Positions 28,076 through 38,860 are shown, counted from the first letter of the stretch. The stretch is 64,000 bases of DNA from Clostridiales bacterium (GCA_003507395.1 DNVW01000012.1:68285-132284), one strand, 5' to 3'. Numbers and translations are program-made. Notes: generated from the sequence alone by a model not told the origin.

Positions 28076-28417
28076 TTACTTTATTTCTGATCCCCATCTT
28101 GCTATTCTTATGTCCTTATATGCATTAAGCACTTCTGAATATTTTCTATATTCATCTTCCCATACTAATGTTGGTATTTTGTCAAATGCTTCAAATACTT
28201 TTTCTGCTTCCATTAAAAACACAAGTTGCTCTTGAGTATTCAAATTATTACATTTTTTTGATATTCTATATAAACTGTCTAATAATTGGTTTGCACGTAT
28301 AAAACTCATAAAATCTTTTACCTTTATTCCCGCTAATCTAATTTGCAATACTGCAAATATGATTAATCCTATTATTATTAATATTAACATATATATGCAA
28401 ATAATCATTACTTCCAT
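28076..28417 (-). CDS. hypothetical membrane-anchored protein
   Basis: 113-aa ORF with an N-terminal TM segment. Confidence 0.45.
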   Translation of the reverse strand: MEVMIICIYMLILIIIGLIIFAVLQIRLAGIKVKDFMSFIRANQLLDSLYRISKKCNNLNTQEQLVFLMEAEKVFEAFDKIPTLVWEDEYRKYSEVLNAYKDIRIARWGSEIK

Positions 28418-28543
28418 TTGTGCACCTCTTTAATTGGCTTTTGTTATCTTACAAAAATATTATAGCATTTATGAAATATTTGTCAATATTTTGTTGATTT
28501 GTATACAAAATGTGTTATAATTTGTTTAGAAATGGAGAAATTT

Positions 28544-29401
28544 ATGAATAGAGAAAAAAATATTAAAAATGCTGGAATTTTAGGAATTGTTGGCAATTTA
28601 TTTTTACTTATTATAAAAGGAACTGTTGGTTTTATTACTCATAGTCAAGCTATGATAGCAGATGCTGCTAATAGCGCTGGAGACATTTTTGCCTCTCTTA
28701 TGACTTTCATAGGAAATAAAATAGCTTCTGCTCCCCAAGATGATGATCATAATTTTGGTCATGGTAAGGCAGAATATATATTTTCGTTGTTTATAAGCTT
28801 GTCTATGATTGGAATTTCCTTGAAACTTTTGTACAATTCTTTAATTTCTTTAATATATGGATATAAATTTGATTTTTCTTGGTTTTTAGTAATTGTTTGT
28901 GTTGTTACTATACTTGTTAAATTGTGTTTATTCTTATATACTAAGTTTTTGTCTAGAAAGTTCAACAGTATTTTGTTAGATGCAAATAAAGAAGACCACA
29001 GAAATGATTGTATTGTTACTACTTTTACTCTTATTTCTGTATTATTGGGGTTATTAAATATATATTGGTTTGATGGAATAGTTGGAATATTCATATCTGC
29101 ATGGATTTGCATAACTGGTGTTAAAATTTTTATTGAGAGTTATAATATTTTAATTGATACTTCTATTGACGTGACTACACAAGAGGTTATTTTGAATTTA
29201 ATTAAAAAATATGAAGAAATTAAAAAAGTAGATAATATTTCCTCTTCTCCCGTTGGATACAGGTATATTGTATTTGTTACAATATGTGTGGATGGTAATA
29301 TGACTACTTTTAATAGTCATAAGTTGGCTGATAAATTAGAAAAGGATATTTGTAGGCTGGACAAGGTGTACAGGGCAATTGTTCATGTAAATCCAATATA
29401 A
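28544..29401 (+). CDS. cation diffusion facilitator family transporter
   Basis: 6 TM segments, the HxxxD motifs of the CDF family, and a C-terminal cytoplasmic domain. Start was moved to the ATG at 28544, which has a GGAG 6 nt upstream. Confidence 0.85.
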   Translation: MNREKNIKNAGILGIVGNLFLLIIKGTVGFITHSQAMIADAANSAGDIFASLMTFIGNKIASAPQDDDHNFGHGKAEYIFSLFISLSMIGISLKLLYNSLISLIYGYKFDFSWFLVIVCVVTILVKLCLFLYTKFLSRKFNSILLDANKEDHRNDCIVTTFTLISVLLGLLNIYWFDGIVGIFISAWICITGVKIFIESYNILIDTSIDVTTQEVILNLIKKYEEIKKVDNISSSPVGYRYIVFVTICVDGNMTTFNSHKLADKLEKDICRLDKVYRAIVHVNPI

Positions 29402-29498
29402 TTGTTTTTAATATATTATGTTTTACTTGCTCCATTTTTGCGTTGCGCGTTCAACTTCATATATTAAAAACAATTATTTTATTTTTTCATTATTTATA

Positions 29499-29846
29499 CT
29501 AGCCTACTATTTTGTTTCCTAATTTTTTGCCGGCTAATAAATGAAAATGTATATGCATTACTTCTTGTCCTGAGTCTTTTCCACAATTTGCAATTACTCT
29601 AAAGCCGTCTTTTTCTATGCCTAAATCTTTTGCAATTTTATTTATTGTTGCATATATCTTTCCAATTAAATAATTATCTTCTTCTTTTACATCTAATAAA
29701 GTCTCTATATGTTTTTTGGGTATTACTAATATATGAATTGGCGCTGCTGGATTAATATCTTTAAATGCTAGTATTTCTTCATCTTCATATACTTTTTCTG
29801 ATGGAATCTCTCCTTTTATAATTTTACAAAAAATACAATTCTCCAT
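29499..29846 (-). CDS. HIT-family hydrolase
   Basis: Histidine triad HIHFHLL and an N-terminal CIFCKI. Confidence 0.85.
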   Translation of the reverse strand: MENCIFCKIIKGEIPSEKVYEDEEILAFKDINPAAPIHILVIPKKHIETLLDVKEEDNYLIGKIYATINKIAKDLGIEKDGFRVIANCGKDSGQEVMHIHFHLLAGKKLGNKIVG

Positions 29847-29922
29847 TTTTAATTTTTCCTTTCTTTTTTGGTAATTGCTTTTAATATATGACAATAAATA
29901 TACTAAAAGTAATTATATTAAT

Positions 29923-31674
29923 TTATTCTAATACAGCTTTTATACGTCTTATTCCTGCTGAACTAGATTCTTCTTTTTTTATTTTAAAATGTCCTAGTTC
30001 TCCTGTATGTTTTACATGTGGTCCGCCACATATTTCCTTGCTAAAATCTCCTATTGTATATACTTTTACTACATCACCATATTTATTTTCAAATAATCCT
30101 ATTGCACCACTTTTTTTTGCATCTTCTAAAGACATTTCTTCAGATATAACAGGTAAATCTCTTTTTATTTGTTCATTTACAATCTCTTCAACTTGTTTCA
30201 ATTGTTCTGGTGTCATTTTTTCTGGATGTGAAAAGTCAAACCTTAACCTTTCTGTTGTTATATTTGAGCCACTTTGTTTTACATGATCTCCTAACACAAT
30301 TCTTAATGCTTTGTGTAATAAATGTGTTGCTGTATGATATGCTGTTGTTATTTCGTTTTGCTCTGCTAATCCACCTTTAAATTTTTGTTCACTGCCTAAT
30401 CTTGACTTTTCTTGATGTTGTTTAAATAAAGTATCAAATTCAGTTGTATCTATTTCAAAACCTTGTTCTTTTGCTAAGTCTGCTGTTATTTCTGGTGGAA
30501 ACCCATATGTCTCATATAGTTTAAAAATAGTTTGTCCATCTATTATCTTTTTATTTTCTTGTTTTAATTTAGCTATAACTTTTTCAAACTCTTTTTCCCC
30601 ATGCCCTAGTGTTTTTATAAATTTGTCTTTTTCTTCTATTATTACTGTTTTTATTATTTCTTTTTTTTCTTTTAGCTCAGGGTACATTTCATTTAAATTA
30701 TCTATTGTTAAGTCAATTAAATTTCCAAGTTGTGCTAAGTCTATTTGCAATTTGCTCAAATGCCTTGTCATTCTCCTAATTAGTCTTCTTAAAACATATC
30801 CTCTATCTATATTGCTTGGTCTGCCACCATCACATATAATCATAATACTTGAACGTAAATGCTCTGCAACAATTCTTCTGCTTTTTATATCATCCACTTT
30901 TTCAAGTTCTTTTAATTTATCCATTACTGGTTTAAATAATTCTGTATCAAATGGTGTTTCTACTTTCTGTAATAGCATTGCCATTCTTTCTAACCCCAAC
31001 CCTGTATCTACATTTCTTTGTTTTAATTTCGTAATTCCATTTTTTGATTTGTAATATTCCATAAAAACATTATTCCATATTTCTACATATTTACCACAAT
31101 CACAAGATGGTTGGCAATTATCACTACATGCTGGCTTTCCTGTATCTAAAAACATCTCTGTATCTGGTCCACAAGGTCCTTCTTCTCCTGCTATCCACCA
31201 ATTTTCTTTTTTTCCATAAAAATATATTCTTTCTTCTGGAATTCCAGCTTTTTTCCATGCATTAAAAGCCTCCATATCTCTTGGAGCATCTTCGTCTCCT
31301 GCAAAGCATGTTACAGATAATTTTTCTGGATTTATTCCTAACTCTTTAGTTAGAAATTCATAGCTCATTGCAATTGCTTCTTCTTTAAAATAATCTCCTA
31401 AAGACCAATTACCCAACATCTCAAAATATGTTAAATGTCTATTATCTCCTACAGAATCTATGTCTACTGTTCTTACACATTTTTGATAATCTGCTATTCT
31501 TTTTCCTGCTGGATGTTTCTCTCCTAATAGATATGGCACTAATGGTTGCATTCCAGCTGTAGTAAATAATACAGATGGGTCATTTTCTGGAATTAATGGT
31601 GCACTTGGAATAATATTATGGTTATGTTTTTTAAAAAATTCTAAAAATTTATTTCTAATTTCAATTGCTTTCAT
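29923..31674 (-). CDS. alanine--tRNA ligase, short form (583 aa: catalytic core + editing HxxxH/CxxxH, no C-Ala domain)
   Basis: The N-terminal 250 aa align closely with the AlaRS aminoacylation domain (FTTAGMQP, FEMLGNWSLGDYFK, WNNVFMEY, DTGLGLERMA). The C-terminus carries HTATHLLH and CGGPH. Confidence 0.85.
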   Translation of the reverse strand: MKAIEIRNKFLEFFKKHNHNIIPSAPLIPENDPSVLFTTAGMQPLVPYLLGEKHPAGKRIADYQKCVRTVDIDSVGDNRHLTYFEMLGNWSLGDYFKEEAIAMSYEFLTKELGINPEKLSVTCFAGDEDAPRDMEAFNAWKKAGIPEERIYFYGKKENWWIAGEEGPCGPDTEMFLDTGKPACSDNCQPSCDCGKYVEIWNNVFMEYYKSKNGITKLKQRNVDTGLGLERMAMLLQKVETPFDTELFKPVMDKLKELEKVDDIKSRRIVAEHLRSSIMIICDGGRPSNIDRGYVLRRLIRRMTRHLSKLQIDLAQLGNLIDLTIDNLNEMYPELKEKKEIIKTVIIEEKDKFIKTLGHGEKEFEKVIAKLKQENKKIIDGQTIFKLYETYGFPPEITADLAKEQGFEIDTTEFDTLFKQHQEKSRLGSEQKFKGGLAEQNEITTAYHTATHLLHKALRIVLGDHVKQSGSNITTERLRFDFSHPEKMTPEQLKQVEEIVNEQIKRDLPVISEEMSLEDAKKSGAIGLFENKYGDVVKVYTIGDFSKEICGGPHVKHTGELGHFKIKKEESSSAGIRRIKAVLE

Positions 31675-31694
31675 TTCTATTCTCCTTCTTTCTT

Positions 31695-31723
31695 AACTGC
31701 AAAAATTATATAGCATTTTTCCA
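31695..31723 (-). promoter_or_regulatory. putative sigma-A promoter for the alaS-like gene (TTGCAA-17-TATAAT)
   Basis: Consensus hexamers with 17-bp spacing on the minus strand. The leader would be very short, so this is low confidence. Confidence 0.3.
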
Positions 31724-32046
31724 TAAATTGCAAGGTTTTCTTGTTATTGCTGTATTATTTTCTACGAAAACAAACCAGCTACCTTTATAGCTGGTTTATT
31801 TTTATCACAGAGTTATTCTTTTATAACTTATATTTTCTTATAGGCATCACTCTCTCCTTCTCTTTATATTTTTTTATGTATTTATTTACGTTTATTTTTA
31901 TTTTTTTACCTTATATAGCATTCCTCCTTTTTATATAGTCTGCTATTTTTTATTTAACATTCATCTATCTCCTCCTTTCTATGCTCTTATTCTATCTTTG
32001 AAATATGTCTTTTTAGTGAAGATTTTTTGAAGTATTGGTAAATGTT

Positions 32047-33543
32047 TTATCTTGGAATATCTACATCAAAATAAAATTCTACTCCATCTTTTTTGTTATT
32101 TACTCCATATTCATTTTGATAATTATTCATTATTGCTTTTACTAATGCTAAACCAATTCCTGTTCCACCATCTTGTCTGTTTCTTGAAGAATCGACTTTA
32201 TAAAATCTTCCCCAAATTCTTGTTAAATCCTCTTCTGGTATTGTTTTTCCAGTATTAAATACCGTTATTCTCATCTTATCATTTAATTGTTTTACTGTTA
32301 TTTTTATTTTTTTGTTGTTTCCTATTTCTTCTGTATGTTTTATAGCATTTGTAAAATAATTTGTTACTACTTGTTCAATATAAAATTCATCTGCCCACAC
32401 ATATATTGGTTTTTTGCTTTCAAATTCTACTTGTATATTGTTTTTCTGTAACATTACTTCACATTTTCTAATTACTTCGTTTATTAATTCATTAATATCA
32501 AATTTTTCATTATTAAATTCTTTTTTTCCATACTCTAATTTCATAAGCTCTAGTAATTGTTTAACCAATCTATCCATTTTATTTGTTTCATCTAAAATTA
32601 CTTCTGCATAAAATCTTCTTGACTCTTCATCTGTACTTACATTTTCTATTAACCCCTCTGCATAGCCTTGTATTAGTGCTATTGGTGTTTTCAATTCATG
32701 AGATACATCTGATATAAATTGTTTTCTCATGTCATCTATTTTAGATTTTTCTTCAATATCTTTTTCTAACTCTATATTACTTTTTTGTAGTTGTTTAATT
32801 GTTGTTTCCAACTTGTCTGACATAGTGTTAATGCTTCGTCCTAATTCATTTATCTCATCTTCTGTATCTGTTACTCTATATTTTTGGCTAAAATCAAGTT
32901 TGGCCATCTTATTTGCAATATCATTTAATTGTAAAATTGGATTTGTAAACTTTTTAGATATAAAAGATGCTACCACTCCAGCTACTGCTAATGTTACGCC
33001 CCCTATCATTAGTAATAAAGTATTAGATATTTTAACACTTTCCTTTATTGGAGATATTGGCATTCTTATATATAAAACATAACCATTATCTAATATTCCT
33101 GTTAAAAACATATAATTTATATTGTTTGTTTCATCAGTGGTTATTTTTATATTTAAATTATTTTTCTTATCATTTTGTGTATTGATGTTCTCTCTTGTTA
33201 TTTCATTTATATCTTTTAAAATATATGTTGAAGATAAGAATTCTTTATCTGATGTAAATATTATTAAGTTAGTATCTGTTTTTATTAATATATCAAAATT
33301 ATTTTTATATGCAATTTTTTTTAACTCTGTCTCTAAATTTATATTAGGATTTTCACTAGCATAATAATTATTTACTTTTTGATAAACTTGTTTGATTGTT
33401 GCTGTTTTTGAATATATGTAAAAATTTTCTAAAACTATACTATTTATTAATATTAAAAAAAGTACTATAATTAATATTACAACACACATTATAAAAAACA
33501 GCTTAAATCTTACAGATTTAAATTTATCTTTTATTTTATCCAT
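32047..33543 (-). CDS. sensor histidine kinase (HAMP + HisKA + HATPase)
   Basis: H-box SHELKTPI, and N/G boxes in the C-terminus (GGTGIGLALV). Confidence 0.85.
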   Translation of the reverse strand: MDKIKDKFKSVRFKLFFIMCVVILIIVLFLILINSIVLENFYIYSKTATIKQVYQKVNNYYASENPNINLETELKKIAYKNNFDILIKTDTNLIIFTSDKEFLSSTYILKDINEITRENINTQNDKKNNLNIKITTDETNNINYMFLTGILDNGYVLYIRMPISPIKESVKISNTLLLMIGGVTLAVAGVVASFISKKFTNPILQLNDIANKMAKLDFSQKYRVTDTEDEINELGRSINTMSDKLETTIKQLQKSNIELEKDIEEKSKIDDMRKQFISDVSHELKTPIALIQGYAEGLIENVSTDEESRRFYAEVILDETNKMDRLVKQLLELMKLEYGKKEFNNEKFDINELINEVIRKCEVMLQKNNIQVEFESKKPIYVWADEFYIEQVVTNYFTNAIKHTEEIGNNKKIKITVKQLNDKMRITVFNTGKTIPEEDLTRIWGRFYKVDSSRNRQDGGTGIGLALVKAIMNNYQNEYGVNNKKDGVEFYFDVDIPR

Positions 33544-33556
33544 TGCAGTTTCCTTT

Positions 33557-34234
33557 CTATTTTATTTCAAACTTATATCCTATTCCTCTAATTGTTTGTA
33601 TATATTTCCCTTTTTTCCCAAGCTTATGTCTTATTTTCTTTATATGGCTATCTATTGTTCTTGAATCTCCATAATAATCGTAATTCCATACATTGTTTAA
33701 TATTTTGTCTCTGCTTAGTGCTATTCCTTTATTATCAACTAAATATTTTAATAGCTCATATTCTCTTAAGCTCATTTCAACTTGTTTTCCATCTACTGTA
33801 ACAGTTCTGCCTTTTGAATTTATGGTTATTCCTCCATAATCTTCTATTTCTTTTTCCTCTGGTTTAGTTCTTTTTAAAAGTGCCTCTACTCTTGCTACTA
33901 ATATTTTAGGACTAAATGGTTTAGAAATGTATTCATCTACTCCTAATTCAAATCCAAATAATTCATCTTGTTCTTCTCCTCTTGCAGTTAGCATTATAAT
34001 TGGAACTTTTGAAGTCTGTCTTATTTGTCTAAGTACAGACCATCCATCTAATTTTGGCATCATTACATCTAATAGAATAACACTTATTTTATTTTGATTT
34101 TCTTCAAATACTTTTAAGGCTTCTTCTCCATCTCCCGCTTCTAATATCTTATAATTTTTTTGCATTAAAAAATCTTTTATTAATTTTCTCATTCTTGACT
34201 CATCATCTACTATAAGTACAGTTACATCGTTCAT
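33557..34234 (-). CDS. OmpR-family response regulator
   Basis: Receiver domain (DDE...LLDVMMP...K) followed by a winged-helix trans_reg_C domain. Confidence 0.9.
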   Translation of the reverse strand: MNDVTVLIVDDESRMRKLIKDFLMQKNYKILEAGDGEEALKVFEENQNKISVILLDVMMPKLDGWSVLRQIRQTSKVPIIMLTARGEEQDELFGFELGVDEYISKPFSPKILVARVEALLKRTKPEEKEIEDYGGITINSKGRTVTVDGKQVEMSLREYELLKYLVDNKGIALSRDKILNNVWNYDYYGDSRTIDSHIKKIRHKLGKKGKYIQTIRGIGYKFEIK

Positions 34235-34295
34235 AATATCTCATTTCCTTCCTATATAATTCATTATTATTATATATAATATAAGTTAATTATGT

Positions 34296-34961
34296 CTATA
34301 TTGTGAAAATTTCCGCTATTAGTGCTTTTATTTTTATTCCTTGCTCTATAAACATATCTTCATGTTCTGTTTTTATATTGTTCCAAAAATCTGGTTCCTT
34401 TTGTAAGTCATATGTATATTTTAAAATGTTAAATCCTGTTTCCTTGAAATAATTTATACTATCATTAAATAAATTATCATCATCTGTTTTAAAATATATT
34501 TTTCCACCATTTATTAAAAATTGTTTATATTTTTCAAGTTGCCTTATATGTGTTAGTCTCTTTTTATGATGTTTTCCTCTCGGCCATGGATTACAAAAAT
34601 TAATATATATTCTTTCTACTTTATCTTTTTCTTCAAATATATTTGCAATTCTTTCTATATCATATCTTGTTAAATATATATTATCTATTTTTCTATTATT
34701 CTCTTTAAATTCTGCCTCTACTTTCCTTTTTGCTAGTCCTAACATGGCATCAACTAAATCTATGGCAATATAATTTACATTAGGGTTTTCTACAGCAATT
34801 TTGGAAATAAATCCCCCTTTTCCACATCCTAATTCTACATGTATTGGATTATTATTACTGAATAATTTGCTCCAATTACCTTTATATTCTTCAGGATTGT
34901 CTATATAAAAACTACTAGCTTCAAGTTCTGGTCTAGCCCATGGTTTAAATCTTATTCTCAT
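34296..34961 (-). CDS. trmB: tRNA (guanine46-N7)-methyltransferase
   Basis: SAM motif VELGCGKGGF. Start was moved to the ATG at 34959-61, which has AGGAG 8 nt upstream. Confidence 0.9.
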   Translation of the reverse strand: MRIRFKPWARPELEASSFYIDNPEEYKGNWSKLFSNNNPIHVELGCGKGGFISKIAVENPNVNYIAIDLVDAMLGLAKRKVEAEFKENNRKIDNIYLTRYDIERIANIFEEKDKVERIYINFCNPWPRGKHHKKRLTHIRQLEKYKQFLINGGKIYFKTDDDNLFNDSINYFKETGFNILKYTYDLQKEPDFWNNIKTEHEDMFIEQGIKIKALIAEIFTI

Positions 34962-35159
34962 TTTTCCTCTCCTTGTTTCAAATATACTTAATTGTTTTTT
35001 GTATTTATTTTGCATGAATTATATCATTATATATTTAATTTATCAAATTTATATATAGCATTTTTTCTGTGCAATCCTTAGCAAAGATTTTTATATAATA
35101 GGAAGTTCACTATTGCATAAAAAATTCCAGTATTTGTACATCTGGAATTTTCTATACTT

Positions 35160-35900
35160 TTATTCTATTAAGTCTACTACATTTTCTTTTGTTATTCCTT
35201 CTAAATTATAATATGTTGATGGAATTTCTCCAATAATTACACCTTCTGCCAATAACACTTGAGTTGTTATTTCTTCTTGTAAATTATTAATTGGTGTAAG
35301 AATTACGACATTAGTTTTTAACTCCAAATAAATTCTATGTATTGTTTGATTTATTCCGGCTGCTTTAAATTCAGATTTTAACTCTGTTTGAACATCTCCT
35401 ATGGCAAATATTATTATTTCAACTTTTGGTCCTCTTCCTGCAAGCATTTTACTTCCAGTAAAAGTTCCTAATCTAATATACATTTTTGTATTTTCTATTT
35501 CATCTAATTCTTTTTGAATTTTAGTTGATATGTCTGAAACCATTTTATTTACTGTTGTTACATTGGCACTTATCATTGTTATATTACCTTTATTATCTTT
35601 GGTTATATTTACCAAATCCTCATATTGATAATCTTCCATAACTTTTTTTGATTGTTCATTTGAAACCTTAGTCGCAACAGATTTTGCCATTATAACACTT
35701 TGCAAATCTATTATTGGTTCAACTATATTAATAACAGAATTCACTATCATAAAAGCTATAGTTAAAACAACTATTATTTTTACTATTTTTCTTATTTTTC
35801 GTTTATCAATGTTGTTATCATTGTTCATTTTTAAATATTTTATTTTAGGTATCTTTGGTATATTTCTACTATATATTTTTTGAACTTTATTTTTATCCAT
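35160..35900 (-). CDS. yunB: sporulation protein YunB
   Basis: N-terminal TM segment, and a C-terminal region with the YunB-like pattern (RLGTFTGS...GPKVEI...IGDV). Confidence 0.7.
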   Translation of the reverse strand: MDKNKVQKIYSRNIPKIPKIKYLKMNNDNNIDKRKIRKIVKIIVVLTIAFMIVNSVINIVEPIIDLQSVIMAKSVATKVSNEQSKKVMEDYQYEDLVNITKDNKGNITMISANVTTVNKMVSDISTKIQKELDEIENTKMYIRLGTFTGSKMLAGRGPKVEIIIFAIGDVQTELKSEFKAAGINQTIHRIYLELKTNVVILTPINNLQEEITTQVLLAEGVIIGEIPSTYYNLEGITKENVVDLIE

Positions 35901-37425
35901 TATATCTAGGAATAAATAATTGCTGTCCTATATTTATTTTATCAATTTTCTCTATTCCATTAACCCCAGCTATATTTTCTACAGTGGTTCTAAATTTTTT
36001 TGCTATTTTCCATAAACTATCTCCAGGTTTTACAAAATATATTGTCATACTATATGGATTTGTAGCTCTGTTTTCACCTGGCTGAATATTTTCTATTATA
36101 TTAATGTCTAAATTTCTTGAATATTCTACTGAAAAATTTAAGTCTACTTTTATGTCTATACTTTCATCTGGCATTACTATAAAATCTTGCATTCCAATTT
36201 CTATATTAGTATTTATGTTTGATGTAGGAACTATTCCATTTGCATCTATATTAAAATTAAATGGTATATTAACTTTCTTAGTATTTATTCCGCCTTGAGT
36301 ATTTGAAGCAAATATAAAGTTTAAGCTAACTTCTCCATCATACATAATTCTATCATTTAATATTTTTTGATTGTTTATTATTGGTGTGACCTCTACATCA
36401 TACAATTTATTATTTCCTATTTCAGGTATTGTCTGTTTTTCCCTTATATTGCATACATTTTGAATACAATCTTTCTTTTGCATTACTTTTATTCTTTTTT
36501 GTTCAAATGTTAAATCTATTGTTGGACTATATAAATCCTGTATTATATCTAATTGCCTGTTTTCATATGCTTGACAATATATTTCTAATTCCACTTCAAC
36601 ATAAATAGAGTGCTCTTCTACATTGTTTGGCTTTATTAAAACATTTCTAACCTCATATTTAATATTGCACAAACTTTCATCATTTACATCTTTAATATCT
36701 ACAAATCCCATAACTGGTATAGTTTTTTGCAAAGTATTTATTCTATTATCTTCTGTTAAATATAATACTTTTACTTCTAAATCTGATTTTACTAATACTT
36801 TATTATAACTTATTTTGCTTTCTTTGTTTATAATTCTTATATCACTTTTCATAACTTCAGCTAAGTTATCTATATTATCTATTGAAAATGTATCTTTTGC
36901 ATATACTTTTGTACTTCCTTCTCCTATTAATGTATTTATATTAATATTATTATTTAATGTTTGCACATCTCTTAGGTCTTCTACCCCTTTTACTATATCT
37001 ATATTTTCATTACTAAACATTTTGGTTTCTACCTCTAAAACAGCTTTAATATTAACTTTTCTTCCATTTAATACTTTGCATTCTATTTCTTTTAATGTAA
37101 AAGTATTCTCCAAATTCATATTAATTTTAGCTTTTTCTGTATTTATTGTTTGACTAAAATCCAAGTTTGTATTAATACTTCTTATATTATTTGATTCGCT
37201 ATCTGCCAAATACATTATATATGTATTTATTGTTCCATCTATTTTTATTTTACCATCTTGTATTTCTTTTTTATATATACAAACTGTACCACTTGTACTT
37301 ATTGTCCCTAATATGTCTGGTTTTACGTCAGGAATAATTGCATCACCTTCTATTATAAAGCTATCTTTTCTTTGTTCTACTATTTGATTTATACATAAGC
37401 TGTCTCTTATGGTCTCTATTGTCAT
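35893..37425 (-). CDS. SipL-like spore coat morphogenesis protein (DUF3794 repeats + C-terminal LysM)
   Basis: The C-terminal LysM is YFVKPGDSLWKIAKKF...GVNGI. The N-terminal repeat architecture resembles clostridial SipL, the SpoIVA partner. Confidence 0.6.
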   Translation of the reverse strand: MTIETIRDSLCINQIVEQRKDSFIIEGDAIIPDVKPDILGTISTSGTVCIYKKEIQDGKIKIDGTINTYIMYLADSESNNIRSINTNLDFSQTINTEKAKINMNLENTFTLKEIECKVLNGRKVNIKAVLEVETKMFSNENIDIVKGVEDLRDVQTLNNNININTLIGEGSTKVYAKDTFSIDNIDNLAEVMKSDIRIINKESKISYNKVLVKSDLEVKVLYLTEDNRINTLQKTIPVMGFVDIKDVNDESLCNIKYEVRNVLIKPNNVEEHSIYVEVELEIYCQAYENRQLDIIQDLYSPTIDLTFEQKRIKVMQKKDCIQNVCNIREKQTIPEIGNNKLYDVEVTPIINNQKILNDRIMYDGEVSLNFIFASNTQGGINTKKVNIPFNFNIDANGIVPTSNINTNIEIGMQDFIVMPDESIDIKVDLNFSVEYSRNLDINIIENIQPGENRATNPYSMTIYFVKPGDSLWKIAKKFRTTVENIAGVNGIEKIDKINIGQQLFIPRYNG

Positions 37426-37534
37426 ATTTATACCTCCCTAATTTAATCTAAAAGCTATACAGCTTTTAGTTATATATATTTAAGGACAATAAAAAAAATT
37501 CCTAAAACTAGGAATTTTTTAAAATTTATTAATA

Positions 37535-37864
37535 TTATGCTGTTTGTATATTGACATTTTCTAATTGTACTTTTCTGCCTCTTTTGCTTTTTTCTTTTTG
37601 ATATGGTGGTATTAATGGACTATATCCTACACCATCAAACACTTCAACTTCAACAGTTCTTGTTAGCACATCTGTATAACTATATGTTACATTTCTATCA
37701 TCTTCCTCATATTTTATTACGAAAATATTTGGATATGTTTTTTCTATTGTAGCCTCCTTTTCAAATGATTTAGTTCTTCCTAATGAACCTTTTACAATTA
37801 TCTTTTGTCCTATTTTTTCTGTAATGTCTGTTTTTAAGTCTAAGATTTCATTTTTGTAAATCAT
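37535..37864 (-). CDS. veg: Veg (biofilm/sporulation-associated small protein)
   Basis: The core KTYPNIFVIKYEEDDRNVTYSYTDVLTRTVEV matches the Veg family. Confidence 0.8.
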   Translation of the reverse strand: MIYKNEILDLKTDITEKIGQKIIVKGSLGRTKSFEKEATIEKTYPNIFVIKYEEDDRNVTYSYTDVLTRTVEVEVFDGVGYSPLIPPYQKEKSKRGRKVQLENVNIQTA

Positions 37865-38023
37865 TTAATCACCTACTCCCTTCGGATATTCGAATTATAT
37901 CATAGGAAATAGGTTATGTCAAAAAAGCAAACTACATGTCGAATCCCACTTTCCCTTTATTTCCAGCATTCTTAGTGTTCTTTTTCATTTATATTACATT
38001 TATGTTACAATTTTGTTACAATT

Positions 38024-38860
38024 TTACATTAACATTATTTTTTTCTTTCCGTTTGCTCCTATTCCACTAATTCCCCTTTTGCCATCTCTTAACTCTCCTT
38101 CTATATCGTTTATAGTCAAAAACTTTTTTTCATCTGTTATAGCTACTCTTTCTGCAACTATTAATGGATCTATAAAATCAATTAATATTCTGGCTGGTGA
38201 TGATGCAAAGTTTGCACCAGCTAAAATTAATCCTTCATAATAACTTTGACAGGCTCCAGCAAAAATAACCAAATCCTTTTTTAGGTCTTGATAGTTTCTT
38301 GCTTGTTTAACACAATCTACAAAGTATCCAGAATTTCTATAATTGTGTATATCGTTATATTTAGTTCCCTTTTTTATCATTCCATCATGTCCTGTTATTA
38401 CAAGTATATCTGGTTTATATTTTATAAGCAAATCTGCTACTACAGATGATTGCTTACTTTCTGCAATATTTTTCACTATTGCATTTAATCCAATTTTCTT
38501 ATAATAATTATTTGCTTTAACACTATATTTTTTATCTCCATCTAAGTGCAGTATTTTCCCAGTATATATAATTTCTCTTTCTCTATTATTTTTGCTATTG
38601 CTATATAGTTGTGAACATCTTTTTATTCTCTCTTGAAATCTTTTTTCTAATTTTCTTTCATTTTCTTCTACTAATTCTTTAGATAATATTTCCAAATCAT
38701 CTAATGGACTATCTGCCTTTATTCTAATTGTTACACCTTTTAATATAGCTACCTCTTTGTTATTTACTTTCATTATATCTTCTACTACGAAAATTATATC
38801 TTTCCCATAAGATATACGTCCTACAATATCTCCTCTTTTTATTCTTTGCATATTATTCAC
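38024..38860 (-). CDS. yabG: sporulation-specific protease YabG
   Basis: N-terminal KRGDIVGRISYGxDIIF and a 278-aa length typical of YabG. The conserved yabG-veg neighbourhood supports the call. Confidence 0.85.
   Translation of the reverse strand: MNNMQRIKRGDIVGRISYGKDIIFVVEDIMKVNNKEVAILKGVTIRIKADSPLDDLEILSKELVEENERKLEKRFQERIKRCSQLYSNSKNNREREIIYTGKILHLDGDKKYSVKANNYYKKIGLNAIVKNIAESKQSSVVADLLIKYKPDILVITGHDGMIKKGTKYNDIHNYRNSGYFVDCVKQARNYQDLKKDLVIFAGACQSYYEGLILAGANFASSPARILIDFIDPLIVAERVAITDEKKFLTINDIEGELRDGKRGISGIGANGKKKIMLM

Noticed and set aside
31675-32046. T-box riboswitch expected upstream of an alaS-like gene. The same was considered upstream of asnS at 16937-17146.
   Set aside because: No AGGGTGGNACCGCG T-box motif is visible, and there is no specifier or antiterminator arrangement. 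Only a promoter-like TTGCAA-17-TATAAT and an unrelated hairpin were found.
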